A stretch of 64,000 bases of DNA from Armatimonadota bacterium (GCA_013203665.1 JABMPU010000066.1:10206-74205), one strand, 5' to 3'; counted from the first letter of the stretch, positions 8,638 through 19,537 are shown. Notes: generated by a model from the sequence alone, not told the origin. Program-made: numbers and translations.

Positions 8638-10028
8638 TATTGAACCTCCTTTCTTCCACCAACTATGATTTCATCAATTTTAATTGCAGGTTGACCAACG
8701 GTGGTGGGAATGCTGCCGCTCACAGAACCGCACATTCCTTCTGCCAGAGAAAGATTATTAGCGACCATACTTATTTTTTTCAGAGCATCGGGTCCGTTTC
8801 CAATCAAAGTAGCACCTCTTACTGGTTCTGCTATTTTTCCATTTTTGATGAGATACCCTTCTCCAACCGCAAAATTGAAATTTCCGGTTCCTGGCATCAC
8901 TGAACCGCCACCCATTTTTTTAGCATATACTCCGAAATCAATAGTAGCAATCAAATTATTTAATGAATGTTTACCAGCAGCGAGATATGTATTTCTCATT
9001 CTCGACGCAGGAGCAAATTTATAGGATTGCCTTCTTCCGCTTCCTGTAGGTTTATATCCGGTTTTAATTGCTCCCATCTTATCTACCATAAACGATTTCA
9101 AAATTCCTTTATGAATTAAGACAGTTTTCTGGGTAGGAAGTCCCTCATCATCGATGTTTTCCGAACCCCATTTATTGGGAATAGTACCATCATCGATTGC
9201 TGTAACAACTGAACCTGCAACTTGTTTTCCCAATTTATCAGCAAAAACCGAAGCACCTTTTGCTACTGACGTAGTTTCCAAAGCATGTCCACAAGCTTCA
9301 TGAAAAATCACGCCACCAAATCCGTTATCAATCACAACCGGAAATTTCCCGCCTGGAGCATAATCTGCATTAAGCATTGTAACAGCAATCTTGGCAGTTT
9401 TCACACCTAATGCCTTTGGATCGAGTTTCTTAAAAAACTCGTACCCCGCAGCTCCACCAGGACCTTCAGTACCCGTTTGTTTCTCCATACCGGAAGAGGC
9501 AATGGAACTGACATAAACACGTGAGTAATTTCTCGCATCCTCAGCCCATAATCCTTCACTATTAATAATTAATACATTCTGCATTTTTTCAGTAAACCTG
9601 ATATCCACTTGAGAAATCTGAGAGTTGTAATGTCTGGAAGCTTCATTGATTTTGCGGATGAAATCTATTTTATCTTTTTTGGGAACTGTATTATTAGGAA
9701 TTTCTATAGGATTCATATTCTCAAACTGCAATTTAGTCAGATTGATTGCTTCATTTTTAGACTTTCCTTTGGCAGCTTTGCTCACAGCATCTGCTGCTGC
9801 CAAAAGTGATTTTTCGCTCAAATCATTTGTATAAGCATAAATTGCAGTCTCTCCGTAAAAAACTCTTACTCCCGCACCAAAATCATTTCCAACGATATTC
9901 TGTTTGGTTTTGTTATCATTAAAAATAATAATTGAATTGAATGTGTTTTCAATGAAAATCTCAGCGAAATCAGCTCCATTGGAAAGTGCTTTATCAATCA
10001 CTTTCTCTGCTAAAACTTTTTCTATCAT
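8637..10028 (-). CDS. tldD: TldD metalloprotease (start at MIEK after GGAGG RBS)
   Basis: FHEACGHALE zinc motif, DDEG, GSGRRQSY..P..RMRNTY, CGSVSG..GQP. Confidence 0.95.
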   Translation of the reverse strand: MIEKVLAEKVIDKALSNGADFAEIFIENTFNSIIIFNDNKTKQNIVGNDFGAGVRVFYGETAIYAYTNDLSEKSLLAAADAVSKAAKGKSKNEAINLTKLQFENMNPIEIPNNTVPKKDKIDFIRKINEASRHYNSQISQVDIRFTEKMQNVLIINSEGLWAEDARNYSRVYVSSIASSGMEKQTGTEGPGGAAGYEFFKKLDPKALGVKTAKIAVTMLNADYAPGGKFPVVIDNGFGGVIFHEACGHALETTSVAKGASVFADKLGKQVAGSVVTAIDDGTIPNKWGSENIDDEGLPTQKTVLIHKGILKSFMVDKMGAIKTGYKPTGSGRRQSYKFAPASRMRNTYLAAGKHSLNNLIATIDFGVYAKKMGGGSVMPGTGNFNFAVGEGYLIKNGKIAEPVRGATLIGNGPDALKKISMVANNLSLAEGMCGSVSGSIPTTVGQPAIKIDEIIVGGRKEVQ

Positions 10029-10223
10029 TGTCCCTCCAGCTTTTTTAAACAACTTTAATAATAAAATAAAAAAAATCTATATCAAATCTATAATATTGAG
10101 TTGAAAAACTAATTCATAAGTTTGATGTCAAGCAGAAAAGGATATTTCAAATTGCACAATTTCAGATATTTGGGAAGTTTAAAATGATTGCTGATAATTA
10201 CTTAATGTTTAACTAATCTTTTA

Positions 10224-12530
10224 TTATTTAAGTAATAGAGCTTTGCTCTTTAACATTATTACATCTGTTTTCAATTGATAGAAATATACACCGGAAGAGA
10301 CTTGTTGGTCACTGTCATTCTTTCCATTCCAATAAACTGAATGGTTTCCTTTTTCCATAAATTTATCATCGAGCAATGTCCTTACTTTCTGACCTTTTGC
10401 ATTATAGACAATCAATTCTATGTCACTTGTATCTTCATGCAGATAAAAATATATTCTTGTACTGGGATTAAATGGATTGGGATAATTCTTCAATTCATAA
10501 TCCCTTATCTTTAATTCTTCATTTATAACCGGAGCACCCTGCCACTCATAAGCTCCCATATCCACAGTTTCACCGAAGATACGAGGATTACCGGCAAGAT
10601 CATATTCTGGTAGTTCGATGCCAGGTGGTAGCTCCAGAGTACCGGCATCTATACAGGGGGAATCATCTGAAAGCATGTAGGGATACTCTCCTGTTCCAGT
10701 CCATAAAGGATCTGTATCTAAATTTCCTTCCAGCCAATTAAGCGTGTTCCAATTTGAAGGATTTAAAATATTGGATTCTCCTCCTTCAATAAGAGAATTG
10801 TAAATATTCATAGTGAGTGGTTCTTCTGGTCCATCGTTAACAAGATAGATTTGATCCGTGACATTGCCGTAAAATATCGAATTTATTATATTGAAAGTAG
10901 AGCCTACCCCGCCAGCCAACAAAGCAGCGCCCTGCTCTTGCCCTCCTGATCCCGGTGTATAATTATTTCCTATTGTACAATTGATTAAATCAAGATTGAT
11001 ACTAAAACTTACTGAGATTGCTGAGCAGGACATCGTCCAGTCTGTTGTATTATCCACGTTATCGGCTATTAATACATTCTTCATCGTAACCTGGTATGGA
11101 TCATCATCTGTTGCGCCAAATAAGAATACCGGAGTTGCAGAAAATATATCGGGATGGGTATATTGAGTAGAATTTTGGATCACCATATTTTCAACTGTTG
11201 CAGTTTCATAGTCGTTAGTAAACCAAAACCTGATCTGCCAACCGCCCTGGTTATTTAAAAAATATACATTTTTTATATTAACATTTAAATCAATTATACT
11301 AAAGACATATGACTCATGGATATTATTCTCAAAAATCAAGTTTTCAAAGTTTATATATCTATTTTCAAAACCTTCTGGATTGCCAACGTTAATTGAAACA
11401 CCAATATTATGATCTATTACGTAACTATTGATGAAATTGATATTCTTAATCGTAATATTAAAATCATTATTGCAACAGTAGATAAAAGAAGTTAATCCTT
11501 CAGCATCAAAGATAGTATTTTCCATCGATTCACCGATGAGGGATACATATCCCCGCAGATTTAAAGGGAATTTTTGATCATTCAGACTTTTGGAATAGAT
11601 CCCATCTGCCAGGTGAATCGTATGGGGATTTAAACTGTCTGATACGATCGATGAATAAGCATAATTTATTGTTTGTAAAGCATCATTTGCATTTAAGCCG
11701 CTATTGTTATTTGAACCCTGGGGAGAAACATACAGGTCGGCATTAATGGGTTCGAGCTTAGCATTTTGAACAATAAGGGTAACATCATTTTGCTGAACTG
11801 AATATTGATTGGTGGAACTTATAAAATAATAATCCGGTTCAAGTACAGTAAAGGTATCAACGATAACTGTTACAGGTTCCATTAATACCCAGGTTTTACG
11901 AAATTCACAACCTGATCTACTATAATTTAAATAAATATTGCACAATTCCTCTGTATCAAAAATAATAGTGGAATCATGAGTGATATAAATTCCTCCTCCG
12001 GCAGAATAAGCATGATTATCTGTAAATGTAACTCCTTTTAGAGTAGGATGGGAATATTTAATATAGATTCCACCACCACCATTGGCAGAATTTCCTTTAA
12101 TCAGACATTTCCTGATAATTGGCGATGAATTTAAACAATAGACACCTCCACCATAAAAGTCTTGAACGTATAATGTTCCCGTTCCATTTTGAATAGTAAA
12201 TCCACATAAAAGGGTTGTTTCAATCTCACCTGAAATGATCGAAACTACGCTGCCGTTTGCGTTACCATCAATGATCGTTTGAGAAATATAACTCTCATCA
12301 TTTGTCGTCAGGAACAAACTGGCAACAGTGATGTTTTTTCCTATGAAATCTATATTCTCATAATAAGTGCCTGTATAGACCAGTACGGTATCGCTATTAG
12401 AGGAAGCATTTATTCCTTCCTGGATGGTGGTGAAATTACCACCACCGGATTGATCGATTATCCAGGTGGTGGAATATAACCACTGATAGACACTGATAAA
12501 CACGAATAATAAGATAAATTTTATTTTCAT
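10224..12530 (-). CDS. Secreted beta-helix (DUF1565/choice-of-anchor-like) protein with FlgD-Ig/T9SS-like C-terminal domain
   Basis: Signal peptide MKIKFILLF; TIQEGI, GGGIY repeats, LYVSPQGSNNNSG, SPCIDAG, DMGAYE, NYPNPFNP...WNGKND...SGVYFY. The ORF-track extension to 12635 is REP-derived. Confidence 0.88.
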   Translation of the reverse strand: MKIKFILLFVFISVYQWLYSTTWIIDQSGGGNFTTIQEGINASSNSDTVLVYTGTYYENIDFIGKNITVASLFLTTNDESYISQTIIDGNANGSVVSIISGEIETTLLCGFTIQNGTGTLYVQDFYGGGVYCLNSSPIIRKCLIKGNSANGGGGIYIKYSHPTLKGVTFTDNHAYSAGGGIYITHDSTIIFDTEELCNIYLNYSRSGCEFRKTWVLMEPVTVIVDTFTVLEPDYYFISSTNQYSVQQNDVTLIVQNAKLEPINADLYVSPQGSNNNSGLNANDALQTINYAYSSIVSDSLNPHTIHLADGIYSKSLNDQKFPLNLRGYVSLIGESMENTIFDAEGLTSFIYCCNNDFNITIKNINFINSYVIDHNIGVSINVGNPEGFENRYINFENLIFENNIHESYVFSIIDLNVNIKNVYFLNNQGGWQIRFWFTNDYETATVENMVIQNSTQYTHPDIFSATPVFLFGATDDDPYQVTMKNVLIADNVDNTTDWTMSCSAISVSFSINLDLINCTIGNNYTPGSGGQEQGAALLAGGVGSTFNIINSIFYGNVTDQIYLVNDGPEEPLTMNIYNSLIEGGESNILNPSNWNTLNWLEGNLDTDPLWTGTGEYPYMLSDDSPCIDAGTLELPPGIELPEYDLAGNPRIFGETVDMGAYEWQGAPVINEELKIRDYELKNYPNPFNPSTRIYFYLHEDTSDIELIVYNAKGQKVRTLLDDKFMEKGNHSVYWNGKNDSDQQVSSGVYFYQLKTDVIMLKSKALLLK

Positions 12531-12571
12531 GAAAATTCCTTCTCTGTTAAACTTGAGAAGTTTTCTGCAAT

Positions 12572-12634
12572 TGTCATTCCCGAGAAATCGGGAATCATTA
12601 AGTTCATGGATTCCCAATCGAGTTGGGAATGACA
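12572..12634. repeat. REP doublet (REPIN-like inverted pair)
   Basis: TGTCATTCCCGAGAAATCGGGAATC ... GATTCCCAATCGAGTTGGGAATGACA. Confidence 0.92.
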
Positions 12635-12729
12635 AACCTTCTACTGGTTACGAAGTTTTTCTTCGTAAATTATCCATATTTAACCCGACTCGAGTTTTAT
12701 AAACCCGAGTCGAGTTCATAAACGGAAGG

Positions 12730-15453
12730 CTATTTCAGAAGCAACATTTTTTTTACTTTTGTCTCCTTGCCTGCAGATATTTTATAGAAGTAAATTCCTG
12801 AAGCAACCGGTTTTTTGTTATCATCTTTTCCATCCCAGGTAATTCTATGTTCTCCTGATTCAATTTGCTCTTTCAATAAAGTTTTAACTACTTGACCCTT
12901 GATATTGTAAACTTTTAAATTGACCTTAGTATCTTCCGGTATTGAAAATGAAATTATTGTAAAAGGATTGAAGGGATTAGGATAGTTTGGATATAATGTA
13001 ACCTTGTTTAAACTTGGGATATCCTCTTCATCTTCCTCTAAATACAATTGAATTATATTGTGTTCCTGATCTCCAATTATCAATGGTTTAAGTTCAAATT
13101 TACCGGTTTCCAGGTTGAGGACATAATAACTTTTTACAGATTGACAGTCTCTACCACCACCATAAGATACTTGAAAAGTCAAATTATCTCCTCTATTCAC
13201 TGCATCTGTATATGCAAGTATTTGTAAAGGAAGTGAATCGATCACAGATGCCCCAACACAAATATCGTTTTCAAATACACCAATTTCAGTTAAATTTCCA
13301 CCGCCGGATATGGAATCCACTATTATAGCTTCATAATCTGGTTTTTCTTCATAGGTAAAGAATTCAGGAGTTTGACGTGTGTAACGAGATTTCGGTTCAC
13401 CAAATATACTCCACTGGAAACCTATTATATCTTCTTTAACGCGAACTACATACCCTTTGCCATAATGTAGAGGTCTGATAGGATAATATGGTGTCGGATC
13501 ATCTCTCCCTCGTCCAGGGTATGTCATGTCTTTCCATTCCCAATCCTCAGCTTTTATTGATTTTATCTTATCCCAATGCTGCCCGAAAGCATCGTCAATA
13601 TCCTTGGTAGCTTTTATCCAGTATCCTATCCAGTTATCCTGTCCTGCAAGAAGATCAATTGTGGTTAAAGGATTAAGCAAAGTTCCTTCAGTATCAAGTT
13701 CTCTATAATAATAATAATATGGTAACTCAGGCAATACTTCAATTTTATAACATCTGGTGCTTTGTAGTTGATAGCCAGTCCAGGGTGTCCATGCTTCATC
13801 ATCATATGTTAATGGACCATATCCTTGTTCATAACCAATTGGGCCATTATTAAGAACATCGATATTAGTAATTTCTTCAGGGAAATCTTCCATTTCCTCT
13901 AATACAGGTATTGCAGGTACAGGGTCATTACCTGTTCGATCAAGAACCGTGAAAGATTCCCAGTTCCAGCCATTATAAAGTGGTTTAAATTTCCAGAATA
14001 ATTCTGTTTGTTCCATAAAAAGTACATTTGAGTCAGTTGTTACTTCACCATATATTGTTTTTTGTTCGTATCTATCTGATGTAAATCTAACTCGATATTC
14101 TGTGCCAATTGGGGGCTGCTCATCAAATTGAACATAATAAAATCCTGTACTACTACGACGATAGACACCATATTTTATACCACCAGATGTTAAATTTAAA
14201 CATCCGATACTAATTGGATGTTTAGGACCAACATCACCTGATAATTTTGGTGGTAATGCATCAATCAGCTGTCCTACTATTGTAAAAGATGAAGGCTCAA
14301 TATCAATTATTGCGCTTTGAAGCTCTATAAAATTGTAATTATATCCTTCTGGAATAAGATTATCCAAAGTACAATAACAATCACCGCTACCACCCCAACC
14401 CCAGTTTACTTTATAAAAACATGGTTCTGAAGCAGGATCAATAGAATACCCATGTAATATGAAATCATGAACACCAGTAACAGGTGGTGTTGTGTCACTA
14501 CCGTTATAGTGAATTATTCTGGCGTTATCTATCTCATTTCTCATCAATAATTCCCAATCACCTTGATAAAAACTTCTAATTAAATGATCCGCTTTATATC
14601 CAAAATTTTGGGCATAAGTACATTCAACATGCCATCCAACTACTGTCCCAGTACCTCCAGTAGCATACGTTGCCATTAATGCAACGCCACATGCAAAACT
14701 TAAGGCAGCAAATCCATCATCATAATGTATAGAATATTCTTCATTAAAGAGTTCTCTTATGTCTGAAAGGTAAGGGTCCAGTGTTTCAAAAGTTGGAAAA
14801 TCATACTCATTATGATCTTCATCAATTTCAATAATTTCTATCCCATTCGAAACATAATTCGGTTCAGCAAATTCATTAGAAAAATAATAGTCGGAAATAT
14901 ATTTATGATAATTAATAACTTGAGCCATAGCAATTGGACCACATCCAGCAGGACAACGATAATTACCTATTAACGGTACAAAATTTTTGTATGGTTGTCC
15001 TTGAGACCAAGTAGGATCCATTTGCAATATAACAGTAGTACGATTGTAACTATATGTATTTTCATATAATTCCTGCCAGGTAATTCTATTTTCTTGAGAA
15101 AACAGGTTGTTTTCTATTATATCATAAATTTGCTCATTATAGCAATTTATTAACCATTCAAATCCAGGACTTCTTGATGATAATATTTCTCCTGTGTCAT
15201 TATAAGCTAATATAGGTTCCGCATCATTTGAAGCAGATGTAATAACAAATCCTTCCTCTTCAAAATTGAAAATGTAAATTGTAGTAGTGTCTGAATAACT
15301 CATAATTTCGAAATTTTTTAATATCAGGTTTTCAATTCCCGAAATAAATTTAAACCAGTTCTCTGCAACTACTTGTGCAGTGTTTACAGAAACTTGTTCT
15401 CCCCATAAAGAACAAATTAAGACTAAGAATAAACCTAAACAAATTGTTTTCAT
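12730..15453 (-). CDS. Peptidase C10 (streptopain-like) with prodomain and FlgD-Ig/T9SS-like C-terminal domain
   Basis: Prodomain YIFNF..GFVI.S....PILAY; WSQG, AGCGPIAMAQV (Cys), VHDFILHGY (His), VNWGWGG; NYPNPFNP...KMLLLK tail. Confidence 0.9.
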   Translation of the reverse strand: MKTICLGLFLVLICSLWGEQVSVNTAQVVAENWFKFISGIENLILKNFEIMSYSDTTTIYIFNFEEEGFVITSASNDAEPILAYNDTGEILSSRSPGFEWLINCYNEQIYDIIENNLFSQENRITWQELYENTYSYNRTTVILQMDPTWSQGQPYKNFVPLIGNYRCPAGCGPIAMAQVINYHKYISDYYFSNEFAEPNYVSNGIEIIEIDEDHNEYDFPTFETLDPYLSDIRELFNEEYSIHYDDGFAALSFACGVALMATYATGGTGTVVGWHVECTYAQNFGYKADHLIRSFYQGDWELLMRNEIDNARIIHYNGSDTTPPVTGVHDFILHGYSIDPASEPCFYKVNWGWGGSGDCYCTLDNLIPEGYNYNFIELQSAIIDIEPSSFTIVGQLIDALPPKLSGDVGPKHPISIGCLNLTSGGIKYGVYRRSSTGFYYVQFDEQPPIGTEYRVRFTSDRYEQKTIYGEVTTDSNVLFMEQTELFWKFKPLYNGWNWESFTVLDRTGNDPVPAIPVLEEMEDFPEEITNIDVLNNGPIGYEQGYGPLTYDDEAWTPWTGYQLQSTRCYKIEVLPELPYYYYYRELDTEGTLLNPLTTIDLLAGQDNWIGYWIKATKDIDDAFGQHWDKIKSIKAEDWEWKDMTYPGRGRDDPTPYYPIRPLHYGKGYVVRVKEDIIGFQWSIFGEPKSRYTRQTPEFFTYEEKPDYEAIIVDSISGGGNLTEIGVFENDICVGASVIDSLPLQILAYTDAVNRGDNLTFQVSYGGGRDCQSVKSYYVLNLETGKFELKPLIIGDQEHNIIQLYLEEDEEDIPSLNKVTLYPNYPNPFNPFTIISFSIPEDTKVNLKVYNIKGQVVKTLLKEQIESGEHRITWDGKDDNKKPVASGIYFYKISAGKETKVKKMLLLK

Positions 15454-15485
15454 TTTCCTCCTATTTTTTGGTTAGTTCTATCTAA

Positions 15486-15580
15486 CTTATATTGAATTAA
15501 ATATATTTATGTCAAGAAAAAAAATTGTTAGCGTATTTCTCCCCATTTTAGTTTGACAGAATCAGCTTTCAGCAAAGATT
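15486..15580. promoter_or_regulatory. Divergent sigma70-like promoters (C10 peptidase and der operon)
   Basis: Minus strand TTGACA 15515-15510 with TATAAG 18 bp downstream; plus strand TTGACA 15553-15558. Confidence 0.55.
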
Positions 15581-15616
15581 GACTTGGTAGTATAAATATT
15601 TACGAAAAGCAGGTTT

Positions 15617-16942
15617 ATGAGAAAAAATATAGTTGCAATTGTTGGTCGTCCCAATGTTGGGAAATCAACTCTTTTTAATAGAATATGCCGTAAAAGAAGC
15701 GCCATCGTTGATTTTGAAGAAGGAATAACCCGCGACAGGAAATACGAAGAAGCAGAATGGACAGGTCATTCTTTCATTGTCGTAGATACAGGTGGAATCA
15801 TTCCCAAAACCGATGATAAGATAAACAAAGCCGTGAAATTTCAAGCGGAAATTGCTATTGACGAAGCTGACCTGGTTTTGTTTATGGTAGATGTAAAAGT
15901 GGGAACAACCGACATGGATATGGAAGTCGCCAAAATCCTTTCCGAACATCGGAAAAAAGTTATGCTGATTGTGAACAAAGTGGATAATGAAAAAGATGAA
16001 CTCGAGATTTTTGATTTCCTGAAATTAGGATTCGGTGAACCATTTCCAATTGCAGCAAATCAAGGAAGAAATATCGGTAACTTTCTGGATCAATTAATCA
16101 AGAAAATCGATACTGTACAATACGAATTTAGAGAAGACGATTCCATAAAAATCGCAATTGTGGGAAAACAAAATGTGGGCAAATCTTCCATAATCAATAA
16201 AATCTTAGGACAGGAAACAACGATCGTAACTGATATTCCGGGAACTACGCGAGACTCTATCGACCTTCATATAAATTATCATGAAAAGAAATTCACTTTT
16301 ATAGATACTGCCGGACTTCGCAGAAAGAAACGGGTTAAATACGGAGTTGAATATTTCAGTTCAATGCGAACCATCGAAAGTGTAAACCGGGCGGATATTA
16401 TTCTCATCATCTTAGACGCAACTGAAGAAATTTCTACTCAGGATCAGAAAATTGCGTCTTATGCTTACAGAAATTTCAAAGATATAATTATCATTTTTAA
16501 TAAATGGGATTTAATAGAAAAGGAGAATTCAACACCGGGAAAATACATTCAAAATATAAAATCCGAACTAACCTTTCTCCAATTTGCACCAGTCATTTTT
16601 GTTTCTGCACTCACAGGACAAAGAGTACAAAAGATCTTCGATAAAATACTGGAAGTGGAAGAAGAAAGCAAAAAAAGAATTCAAACTTCCGAACTGAATA
16701 AATTCCTGGAAAAAACCATAGCAAAATACCCGCCTGTTCACTCTACTGGGAAACACGTGAAAATCTTCTTTTGCACGCAGGTAAAAACTCATCCACCCAC
16801 TTTTGTTTTCTTTTGCAACGATCAAAAACTTGTCTCAGTTCAGTACAAACGCTATCTGAATAACCAACTTAGGGATGCTTTCAAGTTTGAAGGTGCAACT
16901 ATCAGATGTTATTATCGAGGACGGAATAAGAATGGTTATTAG
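15617..16942 (+). CDS. der: Ribosome biogenesis GTPase Der (EngA)
   Basis: Two tandem G domains (GRPNVGKS, GKQNVGKS; DTGG, DTAG) plus KH-like C-terminus. Confidence 0.98.
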   Translation: MRKNIVAIVGRPNVGKSTLFNRICRKRSAIVDFEEGITRDRKYEEAEWTGHSFIVVDTGGIIPKTDDKINKAVKFQAEIAIDEADLVLFMVDVKVGTTDMDMEVAKILSEHRKKVMLIVNKVDNEKDELEIFDFLKLGFGEPFPIAANQGRNIGNFLDQLIKKIDTVQYEFREDDSIKIAIVGKQNVGKSSIINKILGQETTIVTDIPGTTRDSIDLHINYHEKKFTFIDTAGLRRKKRVKYGVEYFSSMRTIESVNRADIILIILDATEEISTQDQKIASYAYRNFKDIIIIFNKWDLIEKENSTPGKYIQNIKSELTFLQFAPVIFVSALTGQRVQKIFDKILEVEEESKKRIQTSELNKFLEKTIAKYPPVHSTGKHVKIFFCTQVKTHPPTFVFFCNDQKLVSVQYKRYLNNQLRDAFKFEGATIRCYYRGRNKNGY

Positions 16943-17552
16943 AATAATTATTGCAGTGATTTGCAGTTATCTTTTAGGATGCATCCCTACCAGCTTCATA
17001 TTTGGAAAATTAATCAAGAAAATTGATATTCGCCAGTATGGAAGTCATAATGTAGGAGCAACAAATGCCATCCGGGTTCTCGGTGTAAAAATCGGAATTG
17101 TTACTCTACTCATCGATATTGCCAAAGGTTTTTTCGCTATCCACATTGGAAAATTGATTATTCAAAATCCTGATAATGTTTTAATTATCTGTTTCGGGCT
17201 AGCTGCAATTCTGGGTCATATCTTCACGGTTTTCCTGAATTTCAAAGGTGGAAAAGGTGTAGCAACATCTGCTGGAGTTCTCATCGCTTTGGCTCCCATT
17301 CCTTTTTTGATTGCTCTTCTGTTTTTTATACTTATTGTTTGGATTACAAGATATGTTTCTCTTGGTTCAATCTTAGCTGGAATAGTTTTATTAATTGTTG
17401 TAATAATAATTAACATCAGAAATTCTTTTTCAGAATTGGAATTCTTGATTTTTTTCTTTGTAATTGTAATGTTCATCATTATCCGTCATAAGAAAAATAT
17501 TAACAGATTAATTTCCGGAACTGAGAGTAAAATCAGTTTTAAAAAGAAGTAA
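16932..17552 (+). CDS. plsY: Glycerol-3-phosphate acyltransferase PlsY
   Basis: YLLGCIP, GSHNVGATN, DIAKG, FKGGKGVAT, RHKKNI.RL..G.E. Confidence 0.96.
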   Translation: MVIRIIIAVICSYLLGCIPTSFIFGKLIKKIDIRQYGSHNVGATNAIRVLGVKIGIVTLLIDIAKGFFAIHIGKLIIQNPDNVLIICFGLAAILGHIFTVFLNFKGGKGVATSAGVLIALAPIPFLIALLFFILIVWITRYVSLGSILAGIVLLIVVIIINIRNSFSELEFLIFFFVIVMFIIIRHKKNINRLISGTESKISFKKK

Positions 17553-17562
17553 AATTTAATAA

Positions 17563-17588
17563 CTCGTTCCAATGCTCCAGCGTTGGAA
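17563..17588. repeat. 26-bp REP; exact inverted copy at 46470-46495, related doublet at 57665-57772
   Basis: CTCGTTCCAATGCTCCAGCGTTGGAA is the exact reverse complement of 46470-46495. Confidence 0.9.
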
Positions 17589-17694
17589 TGCCGCTTGGGG
17601 ATTGGGAACGATATTCATTTTTTTAAGGATTTGAAACAAAATTTATTTTTTTGTGTATTTTGAGCCTTTTTGCGGCTATTAAAAAAAAGGAATT

Positions 17695-19056
17695 ATGTGC
17701 GGAATAATTGGAATTTTTAATAATGACAAAGCTGCGGAATTAGCAGCTCTCGGTCTTTTTGCAGAACAACACAGAGGGCAGGAAAGCTGCGGCATGGCAG
17801 TTAATGATGGAAAGATCATCAAATTGCGAAAAAAGATGGGTTTGGTTAAAGATGTTTTTACTCCTGAAAAATTGAAAATCCTGCAAGGAAAAATCGCCAT
17901 CGGTCATGTTCGTTATCCTACTCGTGGAACTTCCTCTATTTATAATTCCCAACCGTATATTGTTGAAACTCTGTCCGGTCCATCATATGCTTTATCAAGT
18001 AATGGCGATATAATAAATTACAAAGAAATCCGTCAGGAATTGGAAGCGAAAGGAGTTTATTTTTCCAGCAAAAATGAGGGTGAACTCATTCTCAAATATA
18101 TTGTTTTTTATGTGGAAAAAGAAGGATATTCCATCATAGACTCGATAAAAAAAATGATGAAAAATATCAAAGGTGCTTTTTCAGCAGTCCTGGCAACCAA
18201 AGAAGCTCTTTATATGTTCCGCGATCCTTATGCTTTCCGTCCGATGACTTATGGCAAGACCAAAGAAGGTTCTGTTGTTGTTGCTTCGGAAAGTTGTGCT
18301 CTCGATATTTTATACATGGATTGGAAAAAGGAAATTAAACCTGCTGAAATAATTATTGTTAATAAAAATGGAATTGAGTCTATTGAAAATAATCCTAATG
18401 ATTTTCGTGTGACTTCCACAGAAAAACACTGCATTTTTGAGCACATTTATTTTTCCAGACCGGACAGTTTTATCTTTAAAGAAAATGTTTATCAAGTTCG
18501 TCAAAAAATTGGAAATCTAATTGCAGAAGATGATGATATCAATGCTGATGTTGTGGTTCCTGTACCGGATTCATCGAATATTATTGCTCTTGGTTATGCA
18601 CGAAAAAGAAACATTCCTTTTGAATTCGGTTTGATCAGAAATCATTATGTCGGAAGAACTTTTATTCAACCTGAACAGACAATTCGTGATGAAAGTGTTT
18701 TTCAAAAATTCAATCCCTTACCAAATTTTTTTGAAGGGAAAATCGTTGTTATGATCGATGATTCTATTGTGCGAGGAACAACCCTGCGGAAATTAACAAA
18801 ATTGATAAAACATGCAGGAGCAAAGGAAGTTCATCTCAGGATAGGTTCTCCACCTGTTAAAAATTCTTGTTTTTATGGAATCGATACTCCTACCCAAAAA
18901 GAACTAATCGCAAATAATAAATCCATCGAAGAAATCAAAGATTTCATGGGAGCTGATTCTTTGAAATATCTAACAATCGAACAACTAAGAAAAACCGTGA
19001 AAGAACCGGAGAATTTCTGTTATGCGTGTTTTGATGGGAATTATCCAGTGAGGTAA
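17695..19056 (+). CDS. purF: Amidophosphoribosyltransferase
   Basis: MCGIIG Ntn cysteine, QHRGQES, GHVRY, VMIDDSIVRGTT, CIFE/CFYG/CYAC Fe-S cysteines. Confidence 0.96.
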   Translation: MCGIIGIFNNDKAAELAALGLFAEQHRGQESCGMAVNDGKIIKLRKKMGLVKDVFTPEKLKILQGKIAIGHVRYPTRGTSSIYNSQPYIVETLSGPSYALSSNGDIINYKEIRQELEAKGVYFSSKNEGELILKYIVFYVEKEGYSIIDSIKKMMKNIKGAFSAVLATKEALYMFRDPYAFRPMTYGKTKEGSVVVASESCALDILYMDWKKEIKPAEIIIVNKNGIESIENNPNDFRVTSTEKHCIFEHIYFSRPDSFIFKENVYQVRQKIGNLIAEDDDINADVVVPVPDSSNIIALGYARKRNIPFEFGLIRNHYVGRTFIQPEQTIRDESVFQKFNPLPNFFEGKIVVMIDDSIVRGTTLRKLTKLIKHAGAKEVHLRIGSPPVKNSCFYGIDTPTQKELIANNKSIEEIKDFMGADSLKYLTIEQLRKTVKEPENFCYACFDGNYPVR

Positions 19057-19057
19057 A

Positions 19058-19537
19058 ATGAAATTAAAAAACTGGAATGAGATTTCGCAAATAACTGAAG
19101 AGCTTAGAAAACCTGATAAAAAGATCGTTTTCACAAATGGTTGTTTTGATATTCTGCATGCTGGCCACATCCAATATCTGAGAGAAGCAAAAAATCTAGG
19201 AGACATCTTGATAATCGGATTAAACAGTGATAAATCCACAAAACTCATAAAAGGAAAAAATCGACCTATAAATACAGAACTGAATCGGGCAACTGTTCTG
19301 GCTGCTTTGGAATTTGTGGATTATATTGTTATCTTTGAGGAGGATACTCCATTCAATTTGATTAACCTTATCAAACCCGACATTCTGGTTAAAGGTGGAG
19401 ATTGGAAAGAAAACGAGATAATCGGTTCGGACATTGTGAAAGAAAACCATGGAAAAATTATCAGTTTATCTTATAAACCAGGAATTTCAACAACCGGAAT
19501 TATTGATAAAATCCTAACTTTAAAAGAAGGCATTTAA
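19058..19537 (+). CDS. rfaE2: Heptose 1-phosphate adenylyltransferase (HldE domain II-like)
   Basis: FTNGCFDILHAGH, GLNSD, LVKGGDW, STT. Confidence 0.92.
   Translation: MKLKNWNEISQITEELRKPDKKIVFTNGCFDILHAGHIQYLREAKNLGDILIIGLNSDKSTKLIKGKNRPINTELNRATVLAALEFVDYIVIFEEDTPFNLINLIKPDILVKGGDWKENEIIGSDIVKENHGKIISLSYKPGISTTGIIDKILTLKEGI

Noticed and set aside
7306-10028. TldD/PmbA as part of a RiPP cluster
   Set aside because: No precursor peptide, YcaO, radical SAM enzyme or transporter nearby; likely the housekeeping pair
12531-12635. N-terminal extension of the secreted protein in the ORF track
   Set aside because: Reads through a REP doublet; RBS and signal peptide indicate a start at 12530. The same reasoning applies to extended starts at 10052, 16875, 32106, 42541 and 51395
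17695-19056. PurF with SNGD in place of HNGN as a novel enzyme
   Set aside because: Cys1, the oxyanion Asn-Gly, the PRPP loop and Fe-S cysteines are intact; treated as ordinary divergence
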